DNA of 63,350 bases, the filler included, from Octopus bimaculoides (Eukaryota): assembly GCF_001194135.2 (NCBI RefSeq). It is 6 parts of 6 records of this genome, joined end to end, with 100 filler letters (N's around TTAATTAATTAA, not from the genome) between each part and the next. Parts side by side here need not be neighbours in the genome. Positions count along the whole stretch, not along the records: positions 1 to 26,101 come from NC_068990.1; 5 more parts are not named here. One strand, written 5' to 3'. Shown here piece by piece: positions 11,704 through 23,860 of the stretch. The notes beneath the pieces are model-generated. The model worked only from the letters and a program-made list of their open reading frames with translations. It searched no databases and had not been told where the DNA came from. Both the position numbers and the translations under genes were made by a program. Every line of letters begins with the position of its first letter. Position 1 is the stretch's first letter.

Positions 11704-12195
11704 GAGTGAGAGAGCAACGCATACCATCAAAGTGACACCGGGGTACAAATATATGGAGCCAAATATAGCCATCATGACTACGTGTCTGATTAGAATACAC
11801 CAGGCACGTGCATAACGACCATATGTGCGCGACATGTTGATCTCATATCAAGATAAACTGCGCTTGACCTTGCAGGTGGGGCCTAGTTAGAATTTTCTTC
11901 AGCTCGAGTAGCCCATCCTGCAAAAAAGGTCCCTGAGTAAGGGTTGTTTAATTATGATGAACGAAACATCCATGTTTCCAGAGATGAATTATTCAAATGC
12001 CAAAGAATTCCTCTCAACACGTGGCTATGATGCTCCCCGCCCCTACTGCTGTTCGTGATCAGAGATGCACAGATTGTCAGTCAGAATATTTGCTGTAGCC
12101 CATCTTTTATACCAAGGTAAAACATGAACATGATAAGACTTCCAATCAGTTAAGATCAGAAGTCATGAGAGCCGCTTGCATAGTATTGCATCATT
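11702..12195 (-). mobile_element. Non-coding retro-element ending in a (TAA)n tail (family G)
   Basis: About 500-bp clear similarity to 57394-57970 in the opposite orientation; 3' end CTCTCTCACTCAA-(TAA)n. Confidence 0.75.
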
Positions 12196-12243
12196 CAAAC
12201 GCCATGACAGCTACTCCCTGCTACTGAATCATCAACATCATCA

Positions 12244-12296
<53 letters not shown>

Positions 12297-12298
<2 letters not shown>

Positions 12299-12682
12299 AG
12301 TCGGCGAGCTGGCAGAATCGTTAGCACGCCGGGAAAAATGCTTAGCGGTATTTCGTCCGTCTTGAGTTCAGATTCCGCCGAAAACGACTTGGTCTTGCAT
12401 CCTTTCCAGGTCGATAAAGTTAGTACCAGTTGTATACTGGGGTCGATGTAATCGACTATACTCCTTCCCCAAATGTCAGGCCTAGTACCTATAGTAGAAA
12501 GGATTATCATTATTAATAAGGCATTTCGCCCATCTTTATGTCTTGAATTCAAATTCCGCCGAGGTCGATTTTGCCTCTTATCCTTTCGGAGGTATAAATT
12601 AAGTACCAGTGAAACATTGGGGTCGGTGAAATCGCCTTCTACCCTCCAGCAAAACTGCTGCCCTTGTGGCAAAATTTGAAAC

Positions 12683-12685
<3 letters not shown>
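12297..12685 (+). mobile_element. Two tandem SINE A copies within (ATT)n
   Basis: Full copy at about 12297-12510 and a 5'-truncated copy at about 12520-12685, flanked by long (ATT)n. Confidence 0.85.
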
Positions 12686-12751
<66 letters not shown>

Positions 12752-12808
12752 CATCATTATTATTATCATTATCATTATTATTATTATAATTCCCAACACC
12801 AGCAGGAA

Positions 12809-12846
<38 letters not shown>

Positions 12847-13263
12847 GGGACTCATGATTAACATCATCACTACCATTACCACCACAACCAATATCGTCTA
12901 TCACATCAGCGTAAAATCATCATCATCATCAGCAGCAGCAGTACCTGTTACCATTATCACATTGACTACCTTCGGCACCACCTCCATTAGTATAATCATG
13001 TTGCTATACTTAGTCCCATATACGTTATTGATGTTTTAATTGTTGTCGTTGCGGTTGCCCTCAAGAAGGGCTATTATTCTGGTTATTTTAGTTGATGGTT
13101 ATTCCATCAGGAATTGTTGTTATAGTTCCCAGAAAAGTTGATGTTGTTGCTATGGTTGGCCCTCATAAAAAACTGTTGGTACTACTATTGTAATAGATTA
13201 TCTCAGAAGTTGATGTTGTTGTTGTTGTTGTTGTTGTTGCATGACCCAGATGTTGTTGCTGTT

Positions 13264-13605
13264 GCATGGTGGTTCAGTGGTCAGAGCGTCGGGCGCACAA
13301 TCGTGAGGTCGCGAGTCCGATTCCAAGACCGTGCTGTGCGTTGTGGTCTTGAGCAAGACACTTTATTTCACGTTGCTCCAGTTTACTCTGCTGTAGAAAT
13401 GAGCAGCGTCGTCACTGATGCAAAGCTGTATCAGCCTTTGCCTTTCCCTTGCATAACATTGGTGGCGTGGAGAGGCAAGGCTGGTATACATGTGCGACTG
13501 CATGGGTGATATGCACGATATGCATGGCTCGTATGCATGGGTGACCTTGCCCGGAATTGTGTAATCCCATGGTCATTCATGACCGAACGGGATCTTTACT
13601 CTCTA
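13264..13605 (+). mobile_element. tRNA-derived SINE family C
   Basis: TGGTTCAGTGGTCAGAGCG A-box-like motif, GAGTCCGATTCC B-box-like motif, then CTTGAGCAAGACACTTTATTTCACGTTGCTCCAG. Confidence 0.85.
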
Positions 13606-14852
13606 CCTTGCTGTTGCTGTAGAGTCATTTGCTTTTATAGTTATTAGAGTTGCCTAAAAGGTGGTTGTCTCGTCGTTGTCGTCGTCGTCGTCGTCATGGT
13701 CGACGTCCTTGTTGCTCTTGTTGTTGTTGATGTTGTTGTTGTTGTCGTTATGGTTGTTGTTGTGGTGGTGGTAGTGGCGGCGTTGGCGACGAAGATGCAG
13801 CAACGGCGACAGTAACATTTCCAGCATAAAAGTTGAAAAATAAATAGTAAATATAATTATGCATTGACAAGGGGCAATACCCCGAAACTAGTCTAGTCTG
13901 CAGATGCCAAACCAGCAAGGGGAAGCTGCTGACCTCCCCTGTTCGAAGGTTATAAAGGACACAGGTTCGTGTGTCACATAGCTAGCTAGAGGCGATGGCC
14001 TCTTGGAGCTAATCAACGTCAGCATTCGTCCTATTTTTTGGACTGCCATGTTGGCTTGGCGATAACTATTAATATAATTATTCCACGAGATATCTATTAT
14101 TTCAGGTGACTACGGATCGTTATGATGTTCATGCAATTCTCGAAGCCAATCATGACGTAAGGTATTTGACAAACCTTCAGCACACAACCCGGACCAACAG
14201 CATTTAGATGCTACACAAACGTAAGATCTTAACACAAGATATCTGTCTGCATGTATGTATATATGCGTGGATGTGTGTGTGTGTGCGCGCGCGCGGTCGT
14301 TGAGGTTTACGCTTCCTCCAAGTGCCGCCAATGGTTAATAGCTTTCAGCCAGAAACTGAAACCACGTGACGGATTCCATTTACCAATATTGTATATCATT
14401 ATTTTACAGTGTCACACAGCGTGACTGAACCCGGAACCATATGTTGTCCACACACCCACGCCTGAGCCCATGAGTACCTGGATTGATATTTTATTAACCG
14501 AACCGATGGATTAAGTCCACCACTGGACTTAATCCGATGGATTAAGTCCACCACTGGAGAACATTTACTGTCGCTTTTGATAAGATTTGAGACAAACATT
14601 CTGATTTCGAAACTTTTACTCGCAAGACTTTGGTCGACTCTAAATACAGCAGCATAAGTACCACTTCTATATGGCACAATATCTGTATTTGTTCTATATG
14701 TCGCAGTAAGGGATCTGAGTAGGGATCGCTTAAGTAAGGTTGCAGAAAAATGAGTTCAAACTCGCTCTCTCTGTTATGTTGATTACTCTAATCAAAAGCG
14801 AAATTATTAACCACACAGTTATGTTTGCATTATGTTAGTTACAGAGCTTCCA

Positions 14853-15070
14853 AAGGCGGTGAGCTGGTAGAAACGTTAGCGCGCCGGTCAAAATACGTAG
14901 CGGCATTTCGTCAGTCTTTACGTTCCGAGTTCAAATTCCACTGAAGTCGACTTTGCCTTTCAACCTTTCGAGGTCGATAAATTAAGTACCAGTTGCGTAC
15001 TGGGGTCGATCTAATCGACTGGCCCCCTCCCCCAAAATTTTAATCCTTGTGCCTAGAGTAGTAAAGAATA
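14853..15070 (+). mobile_element. Near full-length, CpG-intact SINE A
   Basis: AAGGCGGTGAGCTGGTAGAAACGTTAGC...GAGTTCAAATTCC...GTCGACTTTGCCTTTCAACC...CCTTGTGCCTAGAGTAG. Confidence 0.9.
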
Positions 15071-15623
15071 TAGGGCTTCCATCTACCAAGGTTAACCATG
15101 TATCTACGCACACTTTCTTTTTGAGGAAGACTGGCAAGTGTCATGTATGCACGTTTCTCGATCTACATGCTTCTGATGGTTATCGAAGAGAAAGGACGTC
15201 GATTTAGGGCAGACAAATTTGGTTTGGCATAAGAGTCGTCGCAAGCATTACTCAGAACTCAAAATTAGAAGAGACATATCTAGACATCTTTTCCGGACCA
15301 GAAATAGTTTCGCCAATCCGCGTCTCTGGAATGAAACTGTTTTTGTTATTGTTTTTTTTTTGTTTTTTGTTTTTTCGACCAGAAAGAGTGAAAGATGAGG
15401 CTGACATCGGGAAAGATTTGAACACAGAGATCAGAAAAATCATAGCAAATGCCTCCAAGTTAGAGGGAGAGGGGGAGAGACAGAAGTGGGAGAGATAGAG
15501 AATGAAAGAGAAGGAGAGATACACGGAGAGTGCGACAAACAGACAGATAGACAGATACACAAAGATGGGGAAGTGACAATACGCTAGAGAGATAAACAAA
15601 CAGAGATATAGAGAGACAAGTAG

Positions 15624-15629
15624 GTAGAT

Positions 15630-15702
<73 letters not shown>

Positions 15703-15735
15703 ACAGATAGATACATAGGTAGATAGGTACATAGG

Positions 15736-15798
<63 letters not shown>
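15624..15798. repeat. (GATA)n microsatellite
   Basis: Direct reading. Others at about 3974-4012 and 22840-22874. Confidence 0.97.
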
Positions 15799-17108
15799 GT
15801 AGAAAGAGAAAAAAAATTAATGGTAGAGGCAATGTGAATAGAAAGAGAAAGACAGAATGCGAGAGAGAGAAAGAGAACGAAAGAGACTGAAAGAGACAGA
15901 AACAGAGAGAGGTTCATTCTCGTATAGCAGACGCCAGACCAAACAAAAGACTGACAAGACAATAGTAAAATGACTGACTGCAACAACTACTGTGATACTT
16001 AAGTACTATTGCATTGTAGAGCAATACGGCTATCACACACACACACACACACATACACACACATGCATACGCACGCACATAGCATGTATTCATATATATG
16101 CATACATGCATAGATACATACGTACACACACACACATATATATCAATATGTATATATATATATATATATNNNNNNNNNNNNNNNNNNNNNNNNNNNNNNN
16201 NNNNNNNNNNNNNNNNNNNNNNNNNNNNNNNNNNNNNNNNNNNNNNNNNNNNNNNNNNNNNNNNNNNNNNNNNNNNNNNNNNNNNNNNNNNNNNNNNNNN
16301 NNNNNNNNNNNNNNNNNNNNNNNNNNNNNNNNNNNNNNNNNNNNNNNNNNNNNNNNNNNNNNNNNNNNNNNNNNNNNNNNNNNNNNNNNNNNNNNNNNNN
16401 NNNNNNNNNNNNNNNNNNNNNNNNNNNNNNNNNNNNNNNNNNNNNNNNNNNNNNNNNNNNNNNNNNNNNNNNNNNNNNNNNNNNNNNNNNNNNNNNNNNN
16501 NNNNNNNNNNNNNNNNNNNNNNNNNNNNNNNNNNNNNNNNNNNNNNNNNNNNNNNNNNNNNNNNNNNNNNNNNNNNNNNNNNNNNNNNNNNNNNNNNNNN
16601 NNNNNNNNNNNNNNNNNNNNNNNNNNNNNNNNNNNNNNNNNNNNNNNNNNNNNNNNNNNNNNNNNNNNNNNNNNNNNNNNNNNNNNNNNNNNNNNNNNNN
16701 NNNNNNNNNNNNNNNNNNNNNNNNNNNNNNNNNNNNNNNNNNNNNNNNNNNNNNNNNNNNNNNNNNNNNNNNNNNNNNNNNNNNNNNNNNNNNNNNNNNN
16801 NNNNNNNNNNNNNNNNNNNNNNNNNNNNNNNNNNNNNNNNNNNNNNNNNNNNNNNNNNNNNNNNNNNNNNNNNNNNNNNNNNNNNNNNNNNNNNNNNNNN
16901 NNNNNNNNNNNNNNNNNNNNNNNNNNNNNNNNNNNNNNNNNNNNNNNNNNNNNNNNNNNNNNNNNNNNNNNNNNNNNNNNNNNNNNNNNNNNNNNNNNNN
17001 NNNNNNNNNNNNNNNNNNNNNNNNNNNNNNNNNNNNNNNNNNNNNNNNNNNNNNNNNNNNNNNNNNNNNNNNNNNNNNNNNNNNNNNNNNNNNNNNNNNN
17101 NNNNNNNN

Positions 17109-17450
17109 ATAATTTTCCTCCCAGCCACATGGTTCCAGGTTCAGTGCTACTGCGTGGCTCAGTGGGTAAGTTGCTTCTGCTATAGCCTCAGGCCGACCAC
17201 GGCCTTGTGAGTGAATTTAGAAGACGGAAACTGAAAGAAGCCCGTCGTCTGTGTGTGCGCGCCTGTGTGTTTGCTTGTTCCCACACCACCGCTTGATAAG
17301 CGTTGTTGCTTTTTTACGTCGACGTAATCTAGCAGTTAGGCAAAACAGCTCGATAGAATAAGTACCAGGCTTTAAGAAAATAATCACTTTATTTCTTCAA
17401 GCTGGTGTCCCAGCATGGCCGCAATCTAATGAGTGAAATGAAAAATAAAA
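17109..17450 (+). mobile_element. SINE family B (tRNA-like head, CORE-like CCTTGGGCAAGTG region, internal TG microsatellite)
   Basis: GGTTCCAGGTTCAGT...GACGGAAACTGAAAGAAGCCCGTCG-(TG)n-...GATAGAATAAGTACCAGGC, shared with many copies. Confidence 0.8.
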
Positions 17451-17729
17451 AATGTGTGTTAATGATATATAAATATATATTTTACGCGTATATAACCATA
17501 CATCACATATATCTCACGCGCATACACATATACTGAACCTCGGAAACATACACAGCGCATGCATGCGTAAATACACACACATACTTATATACATCCACTA
17601 ATAAGTCTTGCCATTCGGTTAATTGAATAACAACTCAGTGGAATTTTGACCGAGTTCTATTTTAATTGTATGATTATACATACATGCTTAAACACATACA
17701 TTCATAACCCTCTACGCATATGCAGTGCA

Positions 17730-18031
17730 GGCGCATGGCTCAGTGTTTAGAGCGTCGGGTTCACAATCATGGGGTAACGAATTCGATTCCTGTTGTGTTC
17801 TTGAGCAAAACACTTTATTTCACGTTGCTCTAGTTCACTAAGAAGCAGAAATGAATGGCAACGTCACTGGTGCCAAGCTGTGTCGACCTTTGCAATTCCC
17901 TTGGACAACAACGGTATGCAATGGCGATTGCTGGTCTTCTATAAACAAATTTTCCCGGCCTTGTACCTCGGAAGGGAACTTCCTATTTGCAATGCCATCG
18001 TCATTCATGACTGAAGGGTGTATTTACCCAT

Positions 18032-18035
<4 letters not shown>
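17730..18035 (+). mobile_element. SINE family C
   Basis: GGCGCATGGCTCAGTGTTTAGAGCG...AATTCGATTCC...CTTGAGCAAAACACTTTATTTCACGTTGCTC. Confidence 0.85.
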
Positions 18036-18063
<28 letters not shown>

Positions 18064-18085
18064 CATACATACATACATACATAGG

Positions 18086-18395
18086 AGACACCCCCCCTCC
18101 TTCGGTCATTAATGCACCTAGAAAGTTACCCTCCGAAGCACAAGTCCGGGAATGTTGTTTGTGGAAGGCCAGCAGTCGCCCATGCATACCAGCCTCTCCT
18201 CTCCACACCACTGATGTTATTCAAGGGAAAGGCAAAGGCCAGCTTGGTATCTGTCATGTTGAACTCATTTCTACAGCTGAGTTAACTGTTGCAACGTGAA
18301 ATAAAGTGCCTTGCTGAAGAACATAACACGCAGCCCGGTTCGGGAATCGAACTCACAATCTCACGGTCGTTGCTCTAACCACTGAGCCATGCGCC
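18086..18395 (-). mobile_element. SINE family C (tail-to-tail with the previous copy)
   Basis: Reverse complement of family C, ending GCTCTAACCACTGAGCCATGCGCC. Other copies at about 42991-43185 (+) and 45925-46262 (-). Confidence 0.85.
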
Positions 18396-18782
18396 TTCAC
18401 ATAAACACATGCATACACACATGCATACATACTATGCAGACAGACAAACAGATAGAAAAATAGACAGACACAGAGGTAGAAGTACGAAGAGAAACAGATA
18501 TAGTTTAGGGACAAAGTGAAAAAGTTCCACGGAAGAGAATAAATATCATTTACCCTAGTAAATGTTACCTTATTTTCTTAATTGCCCCTACCCCACCCCG
18601 GACGAAAGGAACGGCAGAGTTAAAGTTAGTAGTGTTTTAACCCAGAACCTCAATGCAACAATGTCGAAAACCTACTCATTACTGATTTAGACTGAAGTGA
18701 AATAAACGATGAAGATAGTCAGTATTGTGAATACTAATTTGCATTTATTCGACGCACACACGCATGTGCATANNNNNNNNNN

Positions 18783-18877
18783 AAAATTTAACACACACAC
18801 CGTTAAAATTTCCACTTATTTCTTATTTTTATAATAAGAAATAAGTGGAAATTTTAACGGTGAGTGTGTTAAATTTT
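18783..18877. repeat. 45-bp-arm palindrome
   Basis: Arms 18783-18827 and 18833-18877 have one mismatch and a 5-nt loop. The arm sequence is related to about 32540-32580. Confidence 0.9.
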
Positions 18878-19399
18878 AAGGCACAATAAGAAAATGACTC
18901 TCTCCAGACACAACAGAATATGCTTCAACACACGAAATCACATAAAAAATCTTGCAAACCAAACCTAAAAACGAAATATATATATATATATATATACATA
19001 TAGAGATACACCTGTATATATAAATGCATATATTTATGCACATATATATGAATACATAAATACATATTTCTATAATATATATATTCATATGCATACTTAC
19101 ATACATACATATATCCATATCCAAATATATATAACCGTACATATATCTATATTCACACATATCTTCGACCCCTTTTTTTTTTCAGTCATCGGACCACAGC
19201 CATGCTGGCACATGCATTGGAGGGGTTTTAGTCAAAAAATCAACCCTCATAGTATTTTAAAGTACTTATTCTATCGATCTCTTCAACCAGACATCTAGAT
19301 TTTGAAGACATAAACCAACCAACAAAATTTGGCAAACAATGGTAAGGTGACAAATGCAGTGTTTTACCGTTTTCATGACTCCAGTCTTGTTCTACAGCT

Positions 19400-19978
19400 T
19401 GAATTTATTTGTTTTTTTTTCGTAATTTGAATAAATTTGGCCTCTTTTCAGACATGACGATGAAATGCCAAGAAGGAAAAAAAAAAATGAACATTTTCCT
19501 TACCGTCTCTAGGCTTTTAATTAAGTTTCCGAAGCTACCAAAGTCGCTCAGAACATTTATGCTGTGTACATAGAAGACACTATAACTGAAAGAAATGCTC
19601 AGAAATGGCTTTCGCGCTTTAAAGAGGAAGAATTCGATATCGCTGACGCTTAGCCCCCCTGTCGACCGGTTCAGTTCAATAAGGGTCGACTGCACGAGCT
19701 CATCTACGAAGAACCGAACCAATTCACGAGGGAAATGGCCCATCATATCTCATGCTATCGTTTAGTGTCACATTCACTCGATAGGTAACGTCCAAAATCT
19801 TGGTGCATGGGTGCTACACGATCTGAAGGAAAGAACCAAATTCCACACTCTTCTGTCACCGCCATTTTGCTCGCTCAACACCACGATACTCGTAGGCATA
19901 TATTTTTTTACCGCATCGTCACCGACGATTAAAAATGTCTTTAAATAATGTTTTAAATTTTTTAACTTATTTCACCTT
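19400..19978 (+). pseudogene. Decayed mariner transposase (HTH region to first catalytic Asp)
   Basis: ...AQNIYAVYIEDTITERNAQKWLSRFKEEEFDI...; LGAWVLHDL (WVPHEL-like motif); RIVTDD*K (RIVTGDEK-like motif). Multiple stops; truncated by a gap. Confidence 0.9.
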
Positions 19979-21229
19979 NNNNNNNNNNNNNNNNNNNNNN
20001 NNNNNNNNNNNNNNNNNNNNNNNNNNNNNNNNNNNNNNNNNNNNNNNNNNNNNNNNNNNNNNNNNNNNNNNNNNNNNNNNNNNNNNNNNNNNNNNNNNNN
20101 NNNNNNNNNNNNNNNNNNNNNNNNNNNNNNNNNNNNNNNNNNNNNNNNNNNNNNNNNNNNNNNNNNNNNNNNNNNNNNNNNNNNNNNNNNNNNNNNNNNN
20201 NNNNNNNNNNNNNNNNNNNNNNNNNNNNNNNNNNNNNNNNNNNNNNNNNNNNNNNNNNNNNNNNNNNNNNNNNNNNNNNNNNNNNNNNNNNNNNNNNNNN
20301 NNNNNNNNNNNNNNNNNNNNNNNNNNNNNNNNNNNNNNNNNNNNNNNNNNNNNNNNNNNNNNNNNNNNNNNNNNNNNNNNNNNNNNNNNNNNNNNNNNNN
20401 NNNNNNNNNNNNNNNNNNNNNNNNNNNNNNNNNNNNNNNNNNNNNNNNNNNNNNNNNNNNNNNNNNNNNNNNNNNNNNGTCCTCGTAACTTAGCGGTCGG
20501 GTAAAAGAGATCAATAGAATAAGCACTAAGCTGGTGTCAATTCGTTCGTCTAAAGCTTCTTCAAGGCTGTGCTCCATCATAGCCGCAGTCTAACGACTGA
20601 AACATTTAAAAATTAAAAGATAAAAGACAATAGGCCCCAATGCATTGCTTTGCACAAAAGCCTATAATAGTGTGAAGTCGGCTCCTTTTACAATGCCCTG
20701 GAGCCTGATTGGGTTGAGAGAGTTGGAATGGGAGTTATTCTCAAACTAGATATGTACCGTAAATTCTTGCACCAGAGTGAACTCCAGCTAAATGTTGCCA
20801 AAGACGTTGTTGCTGTTGGTGTTGTGATGATCGTGGTAACTGTGCAATGGATTAAGTCTACTACAGCGTTTCTGAAGTAGTTTTTCTTTTTACCTATGGA
20901 GCCCTTTCATGTCTATTTTACTCCGGTGGGTATTCCTGACCATTTCATGTTTAAAATAATCCTGTTATATTTTTATAATTAATTATTGTAAGTAATTGTA
21001 TAAAAATAATTAGTAAAATAGTTTATGTATTATAGAAGTTTAACCAATTTTAACAACAAAATCGTATATAGACACCCATTGGCCATATGCTTCAGAACCA
21101 CTGTTCAACCATCTTAGTTGACCATGGCCGGATTTGAATTCAGAAGGAAAATGCATGAACGATAGTGGGGCTTAGTCGATTACTTGTCCAATACTTTAAT
21201 GTTTCAGTCACCCCACTGCCCTTGAACGA

Positions 21230-21995
21230 AGCTTTATTTTTCGACCTCCTCAAGGATGAAAAGTAAAGTCGTCTTCGGCGGGAATTGAACTAAGATCGGA
21301 ATCAGATAAACGAAATACCGCATACTTTTTCGTCCTACTCACTAGCGTTTTGCATTAGAGAGGGACAGTGCTTTATAAATCCAGGGAGAATAAGAAGCAA
21401 AGCTAACTTCGGTACTATTTGAACTCAGGATTGAATCAGTCAAACGAAATATTGCATTATATTTTGTCTGACTCTCTAGCGTTTCCGCCAGCGCATCGCC
21501 TTAGAACGAGAATATCTTTTATCAAACATAAAAGGATGAAAATGAAGTTTTTTTCCTGTAGGATTTGAAATCTGGACGGTATCAAACGAAATATCGCATG
21601 CTATATAGTCAGACTCTAGCATTTCTACCAACCCATTGCTACATTTTATCGACCCGGAAAGGAAAAAGAATTAAAGTTGACCTCGGCGAGATCTGAAATC
21701 AAAACAGAATCAGCCAGAAGAAATAGCGCATAGCATCTTGTTTGACGATCTAGCTTTTCCGCAACACATCGCCTTCGTACAAAAGCTGTATTTTATTGAC
21801 CCCGGAAGGAAGAAAATTAACGTTGATCTCGGTGGGATTCGAAATTAGAACACAACCATCCAGTAGACATAACGCATAGAATCTTGTTTGACCCTCTAGC
21901 TTTTCCACCGACGCATCGCCTTAATACAAATGTATTTTATCGAGCCCGAAAGGATAGTGATTAAAGTTCATCACGGCGGATTGCGAACTCAGAAT
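21230..21995 (-). repeat. Tandem array of about 6 diverged SINE A-derived units (about 130-150 bp)
   Basis: Recurrent TTTTAT(C/T)GA...AAAGT...CGG...GAA...GAAATA.CGCAT...CTAGC.TTTCC...GCATCGCCTT starting near 21230, 21365, 21514, 21643, 21790 and 21934. Confidence 0.8.
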
Positions 21996-22471
21996 GTTTA
22001 TAATTGCGTTAGATTAACAGGTACGACACAATCGTACATTCTGCCACAAAGACCACAATACGTTGATAAGTAAAGATGTAGTGGTGGTGGTGCGGAGTGG
22101 GGAGAGATAGAGATACATAACGCTATAATATTCATTCTATACATATTTATAGATATTTGATATGTAGAATGGTAAATTATTTGCTTCCTTATGTCAACAG
22201 CCTCGAATACGTAGCGGGCACATAATTACAGATTGTTTGTTTGATTAACTAGTTCTTTAATGAAGTAAAAATAATTATTAATTAATTATATATTTAATGA
22301 AGTAATTGTTTGTAACATTTCGTATTATAATTATGATTTTATGTTGTAATGTAATTTTTCTTATTTTTAATATTCATTTATCAATTTCTAAATTGTATGT
22401 TAATGCTTATGTGTGTTTTTCTGTGTAAATCGATGCACAGACACACACAAACACACATTTATATAAATGTT

Positions 22472-22529
<58 letters not shown>

Positions 22530-22576
22530 CTTTACTACCCACAATGGGCTACACACAGAGGGGACCAACAAGGATA

Positions 22577-22621
<45 letters not shown>

Positions 22622-22837
22622 GTGTGTGTGTGTGCGTGCGTGTTTGCATATATATATATATATATATATATACGTAAGTATATATAGTTACATACAACAG
22701 GTATCCAGGTGTCTTCATTCATTCGATGTGTGCGTGTACACTTATGGAAATGTACAAGTGTGTGCTTGTACGTGTGTATGGATGGATGGATGGATGGATG
22801 GATGCACGCACTTATATATAAAGTTATAGATAGATAT

Positions 22838-22874
<37 letters not shown>

Positions 22875-22899
22875 GTTACAGAAAAGTGATATTCATCAT

Positions 22900-23420
22900 T
22901 TTAATGGCCTGGATTAGAGGGAGAAATTGGTGCCCGTGGCAACTGTAAGCCATCCGTGACTGATGAAGTTGATACGGTTGATACTTCCAGTGAACAGTGG
23001 AAGTTCACGGAATGAGATCAAGAATACAATCTACATAGGTCTTTGTTCAAAGAGAAGGAATACCGAGTAGAATGGTTGGACAATACAGGGAGCAGACATA
23101 AGGAGAAGCACGAGAGCCGTTAGTATGTTACTCAACAGGGTACATGTGCAGCCACATTGGCTTGAAGACATGGAGCTTGGAAGCAAGGTCATTTCATTTT
23201 AACCAAGGGACAAACGGCTATAACTCGAGTAGCAACAGTAAAAGTTATTACTGTGATTGGCACGTGAGGTACAAGAAACAGTAGTCAAATTTTCCTCATA
23301 CAAAGATGTCTACGTAAGAGTATGTGGTCCAAGGTACAGGATACCCATAAGGATAAAATTGTCGTTGTGTCATTGCCTTTGATGTAAAGTCTGCTCAATC
23401 ACAGCTGACGGTGCATTTAT
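22900..23420 (-). pseudogene. Possible highly decayed non-LTR RT remnant (CR1/L2/Jockey-like)
   Basis: Only faint motifs (DxSKAxD-like, PYGYP, SLNKDL...YS*) among many stops and frameshifts. Confidence 0.3.
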
Positions 23421-23829
23421 AATACACACACACACACACACGTACACTTATATATATAAATATTGTTTTCACTGACCAGAGTATCAGATGGTAGACATCG
23501 ATGTTGTCAATGCAGTTTGCATCGTTTTAGCCTACGAATGACGCCACCACGCTGTCAAGGGAGCAGGCCAACAAATGTATGTGTGTATGTGTGTGTGTTT
23601 GTGTATGTGAGTGTGTGTGTATTTTTTCATTCTTGTATTCCTTTAATTGTTTCAGTCATTTGACTGCGGCCATGCTGGAGCACCGCTTTTAGTTGAACAA
23701 ATTAACCCCAGGACTTATTCTTTCTAAGCCTAGTACTTATTGTAACGGTCTCTTTTGCCGAACCACAGACAAATACTCANNNNNNNNNNNNNNNNNNNNN
23801 NNNNNNNNNNNNNNNNNNNNNNNNNNNNN

Positions 23830-23860
<31 letters not shown>

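Noticed and set aside
13264-13335. SINE heads as real tRNA genes
   Set aside because: A/B boxes are present, but there is no complete cloverleaf and each head continues into a SINE body.
15184-15335. Frame ending ...[12 protein letters not shown], reminiscent of a LINE RT C-terminus
   Set aside because: Too short and degenerate to assign.
21230-21995. Tandem array as a CRISPR-like locus
   Set aside because: Eukaryotic context, units are SINE-derived with no repeat-spacer alternation, and no cas genes.
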